From NCBI RefSeq assembly GCF_009914755.1, contig NC_060937.1: a stretch of 64,000 nt of DNA; one strand, given 5' to 3'. The notes below the pieces were generated by a model that was not told where the DNA came from, did no database searches, and saw only the letters and a list, made by a program, of their open reading frames with translations. The stretch comes from the human T2T-CHM13v2.0 reference genome, Homo sapiens. This document shows, piece after piece, positions 13,081-24,158 of this stretch (positions are counted from its first letter, which is position 1; the number at the start of each line of letters is the position of its first letter). A program made the position numbers and the translations under genes.

Positions 13081-13145
13081 AGAGGGAGAGAGAGAAAAAG
13101 AGAGGGAGAGAGGGGAGGGAGGAAAGACAGAAAGAGAGAGAGAGG
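13081..13145. repeat. GA-rich low-complexity tract
   Basis: (AG)n/GGGA runs. Confidence 0.8.
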
Positions 13146-14994
13146 TGTAGGGGGAATGAATTGAATGTCTTTGCTGGGCTTGGGATAGAAAAGTGGCTAA
13201 GAAAAAAACAGAAAGAAACACATCTAACTTTAAATAACTCTTCCAGGAGGAGAGAGCATGCTAGGATCAAGAGTTAACTATTCCTATGGGGTAGGGGTCT
13301 TAAATTCAAGACTGTGCCAGGGGCTCCATCGACCCCAAATGAAAGAGTATAAACTGCCTCGTGTTATCAAATAAGATTAATTTAATTTTGCAACATTTAG
13401 CTTCAAGTTAAAATTTAAATATATGGTTGTACAGTAAATGATTTTAAAATTATAGTCCCTCCAACATAACCTCTCTTGACACAATTTTAAATGCTTTTTA
13501 AATGGGATGTGTAGTTTGTTTAGTACATAGCAGTTGATGTCCTTAGATTGGGTTTTCATCATGTATTTTAATTTACTAAGGCTGGGATGACCATAATTGC
13601 CTAACAATTCAATGCAACGGAATGGGCTACTTCAGCACTTTTTACTGCATTTTTCCATATAATATCTAAAAGTCACCCTGCGACACACACAGGCTATGTT
13701 TATGAAAGCAAGGCTTTAACCCTTGCATTTTTCTAGGTTTGAATAATTTTCTTAATAAGGCAAAAAATGTTTGCAAATTTGCACCATGATGTCAGCACGT
13801 CATTGTGAAGGAGGTAGGACTGGCCTGCACTTCAGGGATGAAGTCCTGTCCATTTGGTGTTTGCAAACCTTGAGGATCCTCGTGGAAGCCCAGTAACTCC
13901 AAAGACCCTTGTTTCTTCCCAAGTTTCTGTCTCCTTTCAGGCAAGGGCAAACATATCTGCTTTGCTAGGCCAGTCTTTAGTTTAATCTTAGAGTCTCAAA
14001 AACAAACAGTGGTAAGGTCTGGATAACATAGTTATCCATTTCTGCGTTTGCCCAGATGAAACTTTAAAAATGCTAAAAATACCAGGGCAATTTCTGTTAA
14101 TTGCTCTGGATTATCAGGCTGGAGAAATGGATTGGGCGGGTATATTCTAGTCTATTAAATCTTGTGCTAACTTTACTGATATCGTCTCTTGGACTCTGGC
14201 AGCCTATTCTGCTTTTCAGCATTCTCCAGGGATGCTCCCAGCGTGTTGGAAACCAAACTCCCTGTCTGCAGAGACAGCCCTAACACCAAAACTTTTGCTT
14301 TACTAGAGAAGCCAGAAGAGAAAAATAATGCTGTTGCATCCTCTCTGACTCAGTTGACTCACTTTATGACTTTTATTGTCGGATCCCAAACTTGATGGCT
14401 GACCTGACTGAGGTCACCAGCCCCATAGGGCTATTTTAAAACTTTGAAAATCACAAGGCATTTTCAGTTCTTGCCACTTATGAGTTTGTGCAACTATTCT
14501 GATGAGTGATCCTTGAAGATACATTGCCTCGAAATATGAAGGTGTGCCAAGCTCTAGCAAAACTGAAAAAAAAAGTGTCATTTCAGAATGACCAGAATCA
14601 GTAGACATTGTTTATTACCCTTATCCTCCACACCTGATGTTAAAAACAAAGACTAGGAGCACCCATGCCTGCCAGGTCAGTTTATTTGTGAACATTGAGG
14701 AATGTCTAAAGGGGATTAAGCTTTCATGTATGGAAATGCTTTCTAATTCAAATAACCCACTGTAATTTTTTTTAAAGTGACATGAATTGATGATTGTAGA
14801 TACTGTCATACTGTATGACCAAATAACATGATTATAATGATGTGGCATTTCCTTTCCTTGTCTTTAACAAAACATATGGCTTTAGGTTACATTTGTCTGG
14901 CTTTTGGTTCTTCTACTTTAACTTGAAAGATGAAATTTATGCAATTTCTCAAGATCCCGAGTCACAAAGTTGGGTAATGGCAAATGGTATCCTA

Positions 14995-15185
14995 ATAACA
15001 ACAATAATAACTGGATTTTATTGTGTAGCTATTCAGTGACTGCTCTAAACAACAACCCTAGAGGGCAGGTACTATTGTTATTCCATTGCAAGTTTAGGAA
15101 GTGAGGCACAGAGAGATGTCAGGCATCCACAGTCACACAGCAGTTGATGCAGGAGCGCAGATTCAGCCACACTGCCTGTTTTTAT
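14995..15185 (-). mobile_element. MIR SINE
   Basis: ACAACAACCCTAGAGGGCAGGTACTATTGTTATTCC...GGAAGTGAGGCACAGAGAG...GTCACACAGC. Confidence 0.75.
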
Positions 15186-15437
15186 CTAGTTTTGGGCTCT
15201 GCCAGCGAGAGGAAATGTCACCACTCTTCCTTTCCAGGATCAAACTGCATATGTACACTATATTAGCTCCACCGGACTCTGTAATCTAACTTATTTTGGC
15301 ATGGTAGACCCTTCATGCTAGAGTGGAGGAAGAGGGACTGGATTTATTCTCCATCGTGCCTGAAGAATCCATCTCCTCCTACAATTTAGAACACACATTT
15401 TGTTTTTTAAGATTGGACTATTTTATTGGAAAACAGT

Positions 15438-15680
15438 GGTAGCTACACTTAGCTTACTATTAATACATGTCAGAAATTTTTCAAAGTACTTTCCATTTCT
15501 TTTTCATTTTATTCTCACACTATGAAGTAGACAGTATTATCATCTCCATGTTATAGATGGGTATACTGAAACACAGATGAGTCATGTCAGTTACTTAAAA
15601 TTGTCTAGTCAAAGGGACACAGAGATGGGCTCACGTCCAGGTAGCCAGGTCCCATAGTCCATGCTCTTAATGCTACGCTA
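15438..15680 (-). mobile_element. MIR SINE
   Basis: TATGAAGTAGACAGTATTATCATCTCCATGTTATAGATGGGTATACTGAAACACAGA...GTCCATGCTCTTAA. Confidence 0.75.
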
Positions 15681-15967
15681 TCTTTCCAATGAGTTGATAA
15701 CTAGTCAGGTGATTTGAGGGTTAGCAATAAAATGATTTGGACTGAGTTCTATCACAGCTGATGGAATTGCAGAATTGGCCATTTTATCATTAACAAGAGC
15801 AGTGCTGCCCCCCCGTTTCTGCCATTGTCATCGCAGAACATTCCAGAAGAAAGGTCCTAGGAGGATCTACAGTGGCTTGTGTTGTTCTCCCAGCATCTCA
15901 GACTGTGATATCTAACTCTTACTTCTCTTTTCTATACCTTGGTTCTCCTGCCTCAGAATAATAAGCC

Positions 15968-16160
15968 CAATAACAATAGCCTCTTTTTATTTGTGGTGTT
16001 TTCCAGCGTACAAAGCGATTTCTCACACTAGGTGATGTGAACCTCACTATGGTTCTGTAGGGTGTATTCAGTCTTCATTGTATTGATAAGGAAACTGTAG
16101 TTCAGAAACACCCAAAGCCACAAAATTGGTCAAAACGGGCTGGACTTAAAACCTGGCTTT
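15968..16160 (-). mobile_element. MIR-family relic (target of the AluY insertion)
   Basis: GATAAGGAAACTGTAGTTCAGA...CCCAAAGCCACA...GGGCTGGACTTAAAACC. Confidence 0.55.
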
Positions 16161-16162
16161 AT

Positions 16163-16508
<346 letters not shown>

Positions 16509-17699
16509 CTATCCCCTATCCCTATTCCCAAATCCTCCTGCAGTGAGAAATAACCTCTTGTAGCAGCCATTTCAGTGGGAGTCAAAACACTTCACAAAAC
16601 CCTCTCCTTGTTCCTTGGAACAAGTCTCTATGAAGTGGTCCAAGCAGCCACCAGAAGTGGCTGGAGAGCACCCACATATGCTGCCCACGCTGTATTTTAT
16701 GCCTGAATTTATTTGCCATGTAGACATCTTACTGTAGTGGTTGAGGATATTGGAACTACTTAGATGAAAGAACACCTAAGCCCCTGGTGGGCTTCTGTTA
16801 AACTGTGTAGGTCCATAGCACAGATAGGGGAGCAATGACAGTACTCTGTGAAGAGGAGAAGGTGTGCTTACAATGAACGGGGCCTTGGCGTCCACCTCTT
16901 CCCGATGGAGAGAAGTGTTGCTTTTTCCTAGAGAAAAGAAATGAACAAGACCTGTTGATAGTGAATGAGTTGGGTCCCCATGCTCCCCTTTCTCTGCCAT
17001 GCCCTTCAGGTGGGATGCTGGCACAGGGAGGATTAGATGTTTGACCTACTTACTCATTCCAACTTATAGCTCACAAGGATGGAGCTTAGCTGGAGGCTGA
17101 ATGCTGGAACCCCATCAGAGCATTTCAGAATAGCCTAGGCCATTTCCACAGGTCTGAATCTGTGACCTAGGGGCAGGCTCTTAGAACAACATATTCTCAT
17201 ATAATGTGACTGGCTGGCTGTAAGGTGTCCCTAAGAAAAGCTAACATCCTCTGCTCTAATCAGGCAGAAAGGAGTGAGAGGAGGAAGAGAGAGGAACCTG
17301 GAGAAAAAAAATGCAATAAAGGCCTGTAAAAGGAAAACTCACAAAGCCCTTCTCTGAAGAGCTTTTAAGATGGAGTTTACCAGCAAGGTACTAGCAGACA
17401 CATACGAGCAGGTTAACATCCCTAAAATAAAGCAGGAGCCAGCAATAACAGGGTCGGGCAACAGAAAGCTACAGCTGGTAAGGAAGTCAGCAGCACCACA
17501 CCATTAGATACAGCAATTACTTTAGATACAGGGTGGGGTCCCAGCTCTGCAGCACACACTCTCAGGCTGGAGAAACAGGCTGTGCTTCTGGGAAAGCATT
17601 CTCCATCCTGGGGTACAGATCCCTGGAGCCTTAAGAAGGCGTTGCAGAAAAATTAAGCATTATCTCGTCTGAGTCCCCTAGGCTGGGTTAGAAGTTGCT

Positions 17700-18360
17700 T
17701 GCCTGATTATTGCGTGCAGCTGGAATGGTCTTGGTACAGGGAGGGATCTGGGCTGAGGAGGATGGGCTGAGAGGGGAGAGGGGAGAGGGAAGAGGGGAGA
17801 AGGGGACCCGCACACATGCGCACTGTAGCAGAAGCTGCAACTTTGCCGGTTGCAGGGCTGTTGTGAGATAGGGTGCTTGCTACTGTGACTGGGGCCCCGC
17901 CTTGCAGATCTGCTTGTCATCACTTACCCTCTCTTGGTGGTTTGGGCATGCACTTCTTTGGGGGAACAAACAAAATTTTAAAAGTTCCTGAGTTTGACAG
18001 CAGCAGCCAATCACTTTCCTCCCTATTACCCTCCTCTCTTTTTTCTAAAGTAGTCAAATGCCAGCTTCTATTTCACTAGTTTCTATTTCTGTGAAAAACA
18101 TTTCAGAACTGCTTTCCTCATCCTTCCCACTAAAAATCAAGCATCCCCCCCCCTCCCCGCCCTCCTGTTCTGTGCAGGAAGGGTTGGCCCACACTCACCT
18201 GATGTGTTCCCTCCTCAGTCGTGGCCAGCACCAGGTGGTTGCTGCCATCAGATGATGTTCTGCCCTGGCAAGCACATGTTTTTAAATGACTCTGCAGTAC
18301 CCAGGCTTATAAAAACAAATGCACCCAGACGAAGTTCCAGCGCCCCGCGGGGATACACTG
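17700..18360. promoter_or_regulatory. Candidate promoter/enhancer (XRE, E-box, TEAD, G4, GC boxes, CCAAT, TATA)
   Basis: TTGCGTG 17710, CAGCTG 17717, TGGAATG 17721, G-tracts 17773-17805, CCCCGCC 17895, AGCCAATCA 18005, CCCCGCCC 18155, TATAAAAA 18308, CpG cluster 18330-18350; motif-based only. Confidence 0.45.
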
Positions 18361-18504
18361 AAATTCTCTGGCCTTGCTGAGCTGGGCTTTGGCTTCGAGT
18401 CTCCTCTCAGGCAGACCTGGATACGTCTTCATTCATGTGCCTATTTTAGTCATTGCAAAATGCTTTATAATAATTCCAGACGTGAAATGTGCACAGGAGG
18501 ACTC

Positions 18505-18732
18505 TAGTTTGGAGCACAGGCTTTGGGGTCAGAACCTCGGCTTGAATTTTGATGCAATGTATCTGTATAGGTAAGACTTTTTCACCTCTGTGCCACAGTT
18601 TTCCCATCTACAGCAGCAACACCTGTCTGTGTAGGGTTCTTGTCAGAATTGAATGAGATAAATGTGATGTATTTAGCACAGTTCCTGGTACATAGACAAA
18701 CATTAGTTCAATAAAGTTTTTCTAGTATTATC
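18505..18732 (+). mobile_element. MIR SINE
   Basis: GAGCACAGGCTTTGGGGTCAGA...CACCTCTGTGCCACAGTTTTCCCATCT...TTAGCACAGTTCCTGGTACATAG...TCAATAAA. Confidence 0.8.
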
Positions 18733-19225
18733 ATTTCCTTGTTTTTTCCAAAAAGTAGTTAATCTGAGCACACATCTGTTTATAGGAGGAGGTCTGATGG
18801 CCGGGAGGACAGGAAGAAGGAACCCACAATGAAGCAAAAGTTGCGTTTAACTCTGTCCTCACCATTCCTCTCCTGGACCTGTCCTAAACTGGAAGCTGGG
18901 GGAGGATGGAGTGCTGGAATGCTGCAGAAGTCTCATGGGAGGGCGCCTGGTGTTCACCACATGTGTACACTGTTGCACGACCAGGTTGGCACTTTGCATG
19001 TGGGAAACGATCAGAGAATGGTGGGGGATGCTTAAGAGGCATCACTGGAATCCTACGGTACCACAGACCAGAGCCTTCCCTTCCCTTCCTCTCCCACAGA
19101 TGGAAATTTGAATGCTGGGGCTCAGTGGAACACCTGAAGGAAGCTGGTGAGGCAGATGTCCCGCTATGCCTTCCAAGTGTCATGCAACCAGTTCATGCCT
19201 GTCAGCATCTCTGCCGGTGGACTCT

Positions 19226-19239
19226 GTGAGTCAGCAAAT
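19226..19239 (+). promoter_or_regulatory. NRF2/NF-E2-sMAF (ARE/MARE) site with embedded AP-1 core
   Basis: GTGAGTCAGCAAAT matches RTGASTCAGCA plus an AT-rich flank. Confidence 0.55.
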
Positions 19240-20439
19240 CTACAGAGCAGAGAGCCACAAGTGGGGACAGATGTGGTCAAATGCCATTTAAATCAGTGAT
19301 TCTCAACCCAGGAGTTGTCATGGCACTGGCCTTGAGTGAGCTGGACCAAGGGAAGTGGTAGAATTCCCCATGAAGGACCAAGTGAGCAGATAGAAGTTTC
19401 TCCATTTTAACTTTTTCTGAGTCAATTTAAAAAACACCTAGTGCCTTTTTCTGTACATAGTGCCTGTGGGTTTGAATTTAAGCCTACCCAAATGTGCTTT
19501 TATCCCACCTATTTTGAACCTTGCATGTCTCCGGGATAAGAATTAACATAAGCTATAAATATTCTTCCAGGACTAATTATTAACCGTGAATGTTGAGCGG
19601 CCTTGACAAATATAAAATGTTATATATAGGCCCAAGAGTAGATCAGAGAGTTATCTATCTACTTCAAGTTGAGACTCAGAGTTTTCATTAAACTCTGCAG
19701 TCTCACAGTATTTCCAATCATTTCAGGGCAGACGAAAGTTCCGTGGTATATCTTTTTAATGTGGCAGGCCTCGAGGGTGGATTGAGTTAGGCAATTTATC
19801 CCCTTTTATGCCCTATATTCACATGCAACACTCCAATGGGGTAACATAAAACCACAGACAGGTTTCTTTACACCGGTATTTAAGGGAACTAGGAAAGCAG
19901 CCCAAATCATGTGGAGAAAGCTGGGGAAAGAAGTATCAGAGGAGAAAGAGGACCTTAGCAGAAATGACAAAAGTGAAAAACCTTCCTAACTCCTTCAGAC
20001 ATGATGCTTAAAATTGTGTTTCTTTGGCAACTTATAATTTTCTGAAGCTGGTTCTCAGCCTCAGATCCTCCCCCAAGGTTTTTATGTTGTATTTTGACTC
20101 AGTAGGAGGGATCCAGTCCCAGACCTTCCGGCTCTCACCAGTACACCACAGGCTAACGCCATCCAGCAATCAGATGACAGGAGGAGGAGAGGTTCAAAGA
20201 GGACTACTGTATTTCTCAGAAGGGGCTGGCTCATCTACCCTCCACTGTATTACTCACACTGTAGATGCAGAAAACATGTCAAAGTATACTGGGGCTCTGC
20301 AATGCATGCACCCACACACATGTACACATACGCACAGACTTCCAAACTAAAAAGGAGAACAGAGCTCAAAAGGGGACAGTGTGCAACTGGTGCTCCATGT
20401 TGTAAGGACCTCCCCTCCTGCGGGCGCGGCTACCCCAGC

Positions 20440-20459
20440 AGGCTTGTCCGGGCATGTCC
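20440..20459. promoter_or_regulatory. Perfect p53/p63/p73 response element, zero spacer
   Basis: AGGCTTGTCC GGGCATGTCC is RRRCWWGYYY x2 with 20/20 match, in unique, locally CpG-rich sequence. Confidence 0.8.
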
Positions 20460-20669
20460 GCCCAGTTGACGCCAGGCCAAGTTTTACGGGAGGAATTGGC
20501 CTGTGTCTAAAGCTGGAGTTCAGCTTTGCTGACTATGGAGACTGATCTGTTGGTTGTCAGCAAAGAAAAGGTGGTTTCAAAAGAGCAGCAGAGGACTCTG
20601 TGCTAGTTGCTACTGGCCAGCTTTGACTCCGATTGGAAGCTTGAAAAACATAGATTGGAAGCTATGCAG

Positions 20670-20900
20670 AATATCCAGTGACAGAAATAAATCAGAGATT
20701 GCCAGGGGCTGAGGGTGAGAGGAAGGAGATTGACTTCAAAGGGGCACAGATAATTTCTCAGGGTGTCGGAAATATTCTGTCTTGATTGAGGTGGTGATTA
20801 CTCGACTGTATATGCTTGTAAAAATTTGTAGAACTGTGTGCCTGAAAAGGGTGAATTCTGCTGTATGTAAATTATAACTCGATAAACCTGATTTTTAAAA
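20670..20900 (+). mobile_element. Old L1M (L1ME-like) 3'UTR fragment
   Basis: GACAGAAATAAATCAGAGATTGCCAGGGGCTGAGGG...AAAAGGGTGAATTCTGCTGTATGTAAATTATAACTCGATAAA. Confidence 0.8.
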
Positions 20901-21229
20901 ACACTGTAGTTTGGGAGGCCATATAAAACCAAATAACATTTTGAGTCATTAATGCCTCTTTAAGAATATTTTGGATTGATTTTTTTTATTAGATTAAAAA
21001 AATTCTTCATGGTAAATATTAATTAACCCTTTAAGAGCCAAGTGGAGGAGTGGAATCTGTATGTTTTAGAGTTGTTTGTTCTTTTTAGTTGGTCACTTTA
21101 CACACTTAATTTTCAATTTTATTTAGAAAAAGAAGTTATGCTTATGAAGCATAAAAGCTGTAATTCCAAAAGTTGAATTGGTTTTGAGACCCCAAAGTCA
21201 TGACTATGTAGAGAATTTCTAAATTCTTA

Positions 21230-22990
21230 AGGATAACCTATTTAGGAAAACCTAAGAAATCAACTATTACAACTAATGCTTCATTATGATACCTGGTTAC
21301 AAAATATAAAAAATATCCATAATCAGATAATAATCGTAAAGAGGGAAAAGAGCTCTTTTACAACAGGGGAAAAACAAAGCAAAACAAGCAAGAATAAGAA
21401 CAATAAAACCTGGAAACAAACTTGTTTGTTTATATAGGGCTTCTATCAATTTAGTTGTAAAACTTTAGTTAATATGAAATCAGGCTTGAATAAATTGAGA
21501 CATATTTTATATTATTGGATGATGTCACTGTTCCTCAAATTGATGGTTAGGTCCAATATGATTCTAATCAAAATCCCAATTGGAATATTTTTGAATGAAA
21601 ATGTGACTGTAAGGTTTATCTAGAATAATTTGTGGATAAAAATAACCAAGAAAGATTTATAAACAAATAAGGTAAACTGTACTTCAGGTGTTAAAAACCT
21701 GTTATAAAGCTTTAATAACATGATATTGGTATACAACTAGACAGAGAGAAGAGAATAGAGTCCCCAAACACACTCAAATACATATAAGAATTTAGTATTT
21801 GATGAAGACACTTCAAATTAGGGAAGGAAATGAAAGATTATGCCAGTGAATAGTGCTGGGGAAATTAATTCAGTTTTTAAGGGAAGGAGGAGACCCAAAT
21901 CATATCCCTAAATAAATTCTGGATGAATTAAATAAATTTTAAAATATGAAAACACAAATGAGTAAAAGAAATTATGATAAGTATCTATCAACTCTCAATG
22001 TATGGAAGCACTTTTTAAACAAAAAGGTAGAGGAAGAATCTATAAAAGAGAAAACAGAATGTTTTTACATAAAAATTATAAACATATACATCAAAACTCA
22101 TGATAAAGAAACATAAGGCAAAGAATAACTTGAAAAAAGGGCAAAATAGAAGACAAAGGTTAACATGGTTAATATGTGAAGAGCTTCCGAAGTCAATGAT
22201 TAGAAGATAAATATCCTAAGCAGAAAAATTTTCAATATTCACAAAAAAGGAATTTGTACGAGCAGAAAAAAATTAGACAATAAATCATGAAAAAATTTCA
22301 GGCTCACTATTTATTTAAAAATAATTTTAAAAGACACAAATTTCTGTCCATTAAATTAGCAAATATTTTAAATTTCAAAAAACTTTGATAATTACATAGT
22401 TGGGTAAAAGTTCAAGATAAAGGAAAATCTCATCCACTGCTGGTGGAAGTATAACAATCTTTTAAATTTTCTGGTTAGAAATGTTGGCAATATGTATGTA
22501 TTCAAAGACTTAAAGCTGTAAACAATATTTGACCTAATAATTCCTTCTTAAGGAATCTATCCTTACTTCGGATATATTTTTAGGAAATACAAGGATTTAG
22601 GTATAAGGATGTTTATTGCAGGGTTACTTGTGACTGAAAAATTCTAAAAATAGGTTTAATTACTGACAGCTCATCTGTAGGCATGGCAAACCACATTCTC
22701 AGGAATATTTAAGGCTTTAGAAAAAATATAAAAGGTAACATGAAGTGAAAAATGTAACGGCAAAGTTGCATGTACAGGAGAGCTGTGGGTGGGCTTGGCT
22801 ATATATGTACGTACATGCATATATGTACACATACAGAAAAAAGACTGGAAGGATTTGTGTCGATGAAATGTTAATAGTGGTTCTTAGGATGGTGGAATGA
22901 TTAGTGGGTTTTTATTACCTTTATGTGGCACTTTTTCAAATTTTCTGTAAAAAGGCTGTATTAACTTTATGATCAGAAGTATAAACATTA
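21230..22990 (+). mobile_element. Highly diverged L1ME ORF2-3'UTR fragment
   Basis: A-rich sequence with recognisable ORF2 landmarks (TTCTAATCAAAATCCCAAT, CCACTGCTGGTGGAAGTATAA, TTTGACCTAATAATTCC, AGGATGTTTATTGCAG). Confidence 0.7.
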
Positions 22991-23417
22991 GTTTTGTAAT
23001 TTTCTTTGCTATCAAGGGCTCCCTCTGCTGCTCACCTAAAAAATTATGAAGAGTTGGCTTCCTACTTCTCATTCCTGATTTTCCTCATCTCCTAATAGCC
23101 TCTGTTCTTATCTTGTGACCACTTTCCACTTATTTACCTTAGAAGCAGACTCGTCTAATTTGAGTATTTGGAATGATATGTCAAGTTCTAGACTTTGTTT
23201 TTAATTGAGATATAACTGACATACACTAGTCGTCCGTTTAAAGGGTACAATTCAGTGGCTTTTAAGTATATTCACAGAGTTGTGCAAATGTCACCATGAT
23301 CTAATACCAGAATATTTCTGTCACCCCCAAAAGAAAACCTATGCTCATTATCAGTAACCCTTGATTACTTCTTTCCGCCATCCCTGGTAACCACTAAACT
23401 ACTCTTAGTATTTATGG

Positions 23418-24158
23418 TGTTGGGTCTAAGAAAATGATACCCCACACAATGGTGCTTTGGCATACTGAACACTTTGAATTAAATGAAGATGGAGTACCTT
23501 AGAAGCTGTCTCAGAACCCAAAACATTTTAACCCTCTTTTGTTTCTTCTCCCCTGACTCCAAGAGCAAGGAGGGACTCTGTCTGGAATTTCCTTATCTAA
23601 CTAAGGAAACTTCTCAAAAGACATGCAATTGTCTGAAGACTCACTCTCCAGGAATCTCATGAAATAATCCAGAAAGATTACCCACCTGAGAGAAGAAAAG
23701 ACTATAAAAGTCATCACTACATGCAGTTAGACTTTTCATCTATTCTTTTGAGGGCAGGTTGGAGAGATTACCTAGGAGACTTTTTCTACATACTAAGACA
23801 ACCTTTGTTCACAAGGCAGTTCCACCCCTCTCCTTCCCTTAACTTGCCAGTCCCATTCAGTTTCCTAAGATAATTATTTACAAAATAATATTTGCCTCCT
23901 GGGTGCATTCATTTCCTCTGAAAATCACTTACTACCCTTCTAAAATTTGTTACAGCTCCCAAGTTTTCTCTCCCCTATGAGGAGGACATTTAAACCTTAA
24001 CCATATGGCCCTTTTTTGAGTCTCATGTTTTGTATGGCTCCCATGATTATGCATATTAATTAATGTGTAAACTTTTTCTCATGTTAATCTGTCTATTGTC
24101 ACTTTATTTCAGTGAACCTTCAGAAAGGGCAGAAAGGAAGTTTACTTCTGCCTCTACA
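23418..24158 (+). mobile_element. MER39 (ERV1) solo LTR inserted in L1
   Basis: TG...CA termini (TGTTGGGTCTAAGAAAATGATACCCC...CTCTACA) with 4-bp TSD ATGG at 23414-23417 and 24159-24162. Confidence 0.88.

Noticed and set aside
18225-18245. CTCF-like GCACCAGGTGGT
   Set aside because: Mismatches at key positions of CCASYAGRKGGC
18375-18410. Pol III/vault- or tRNA-like gene (GCTTCGAGTC resembles a B box)
   Set aside because: No matching A-box spacing, cloverleaf or oligo-T terminator
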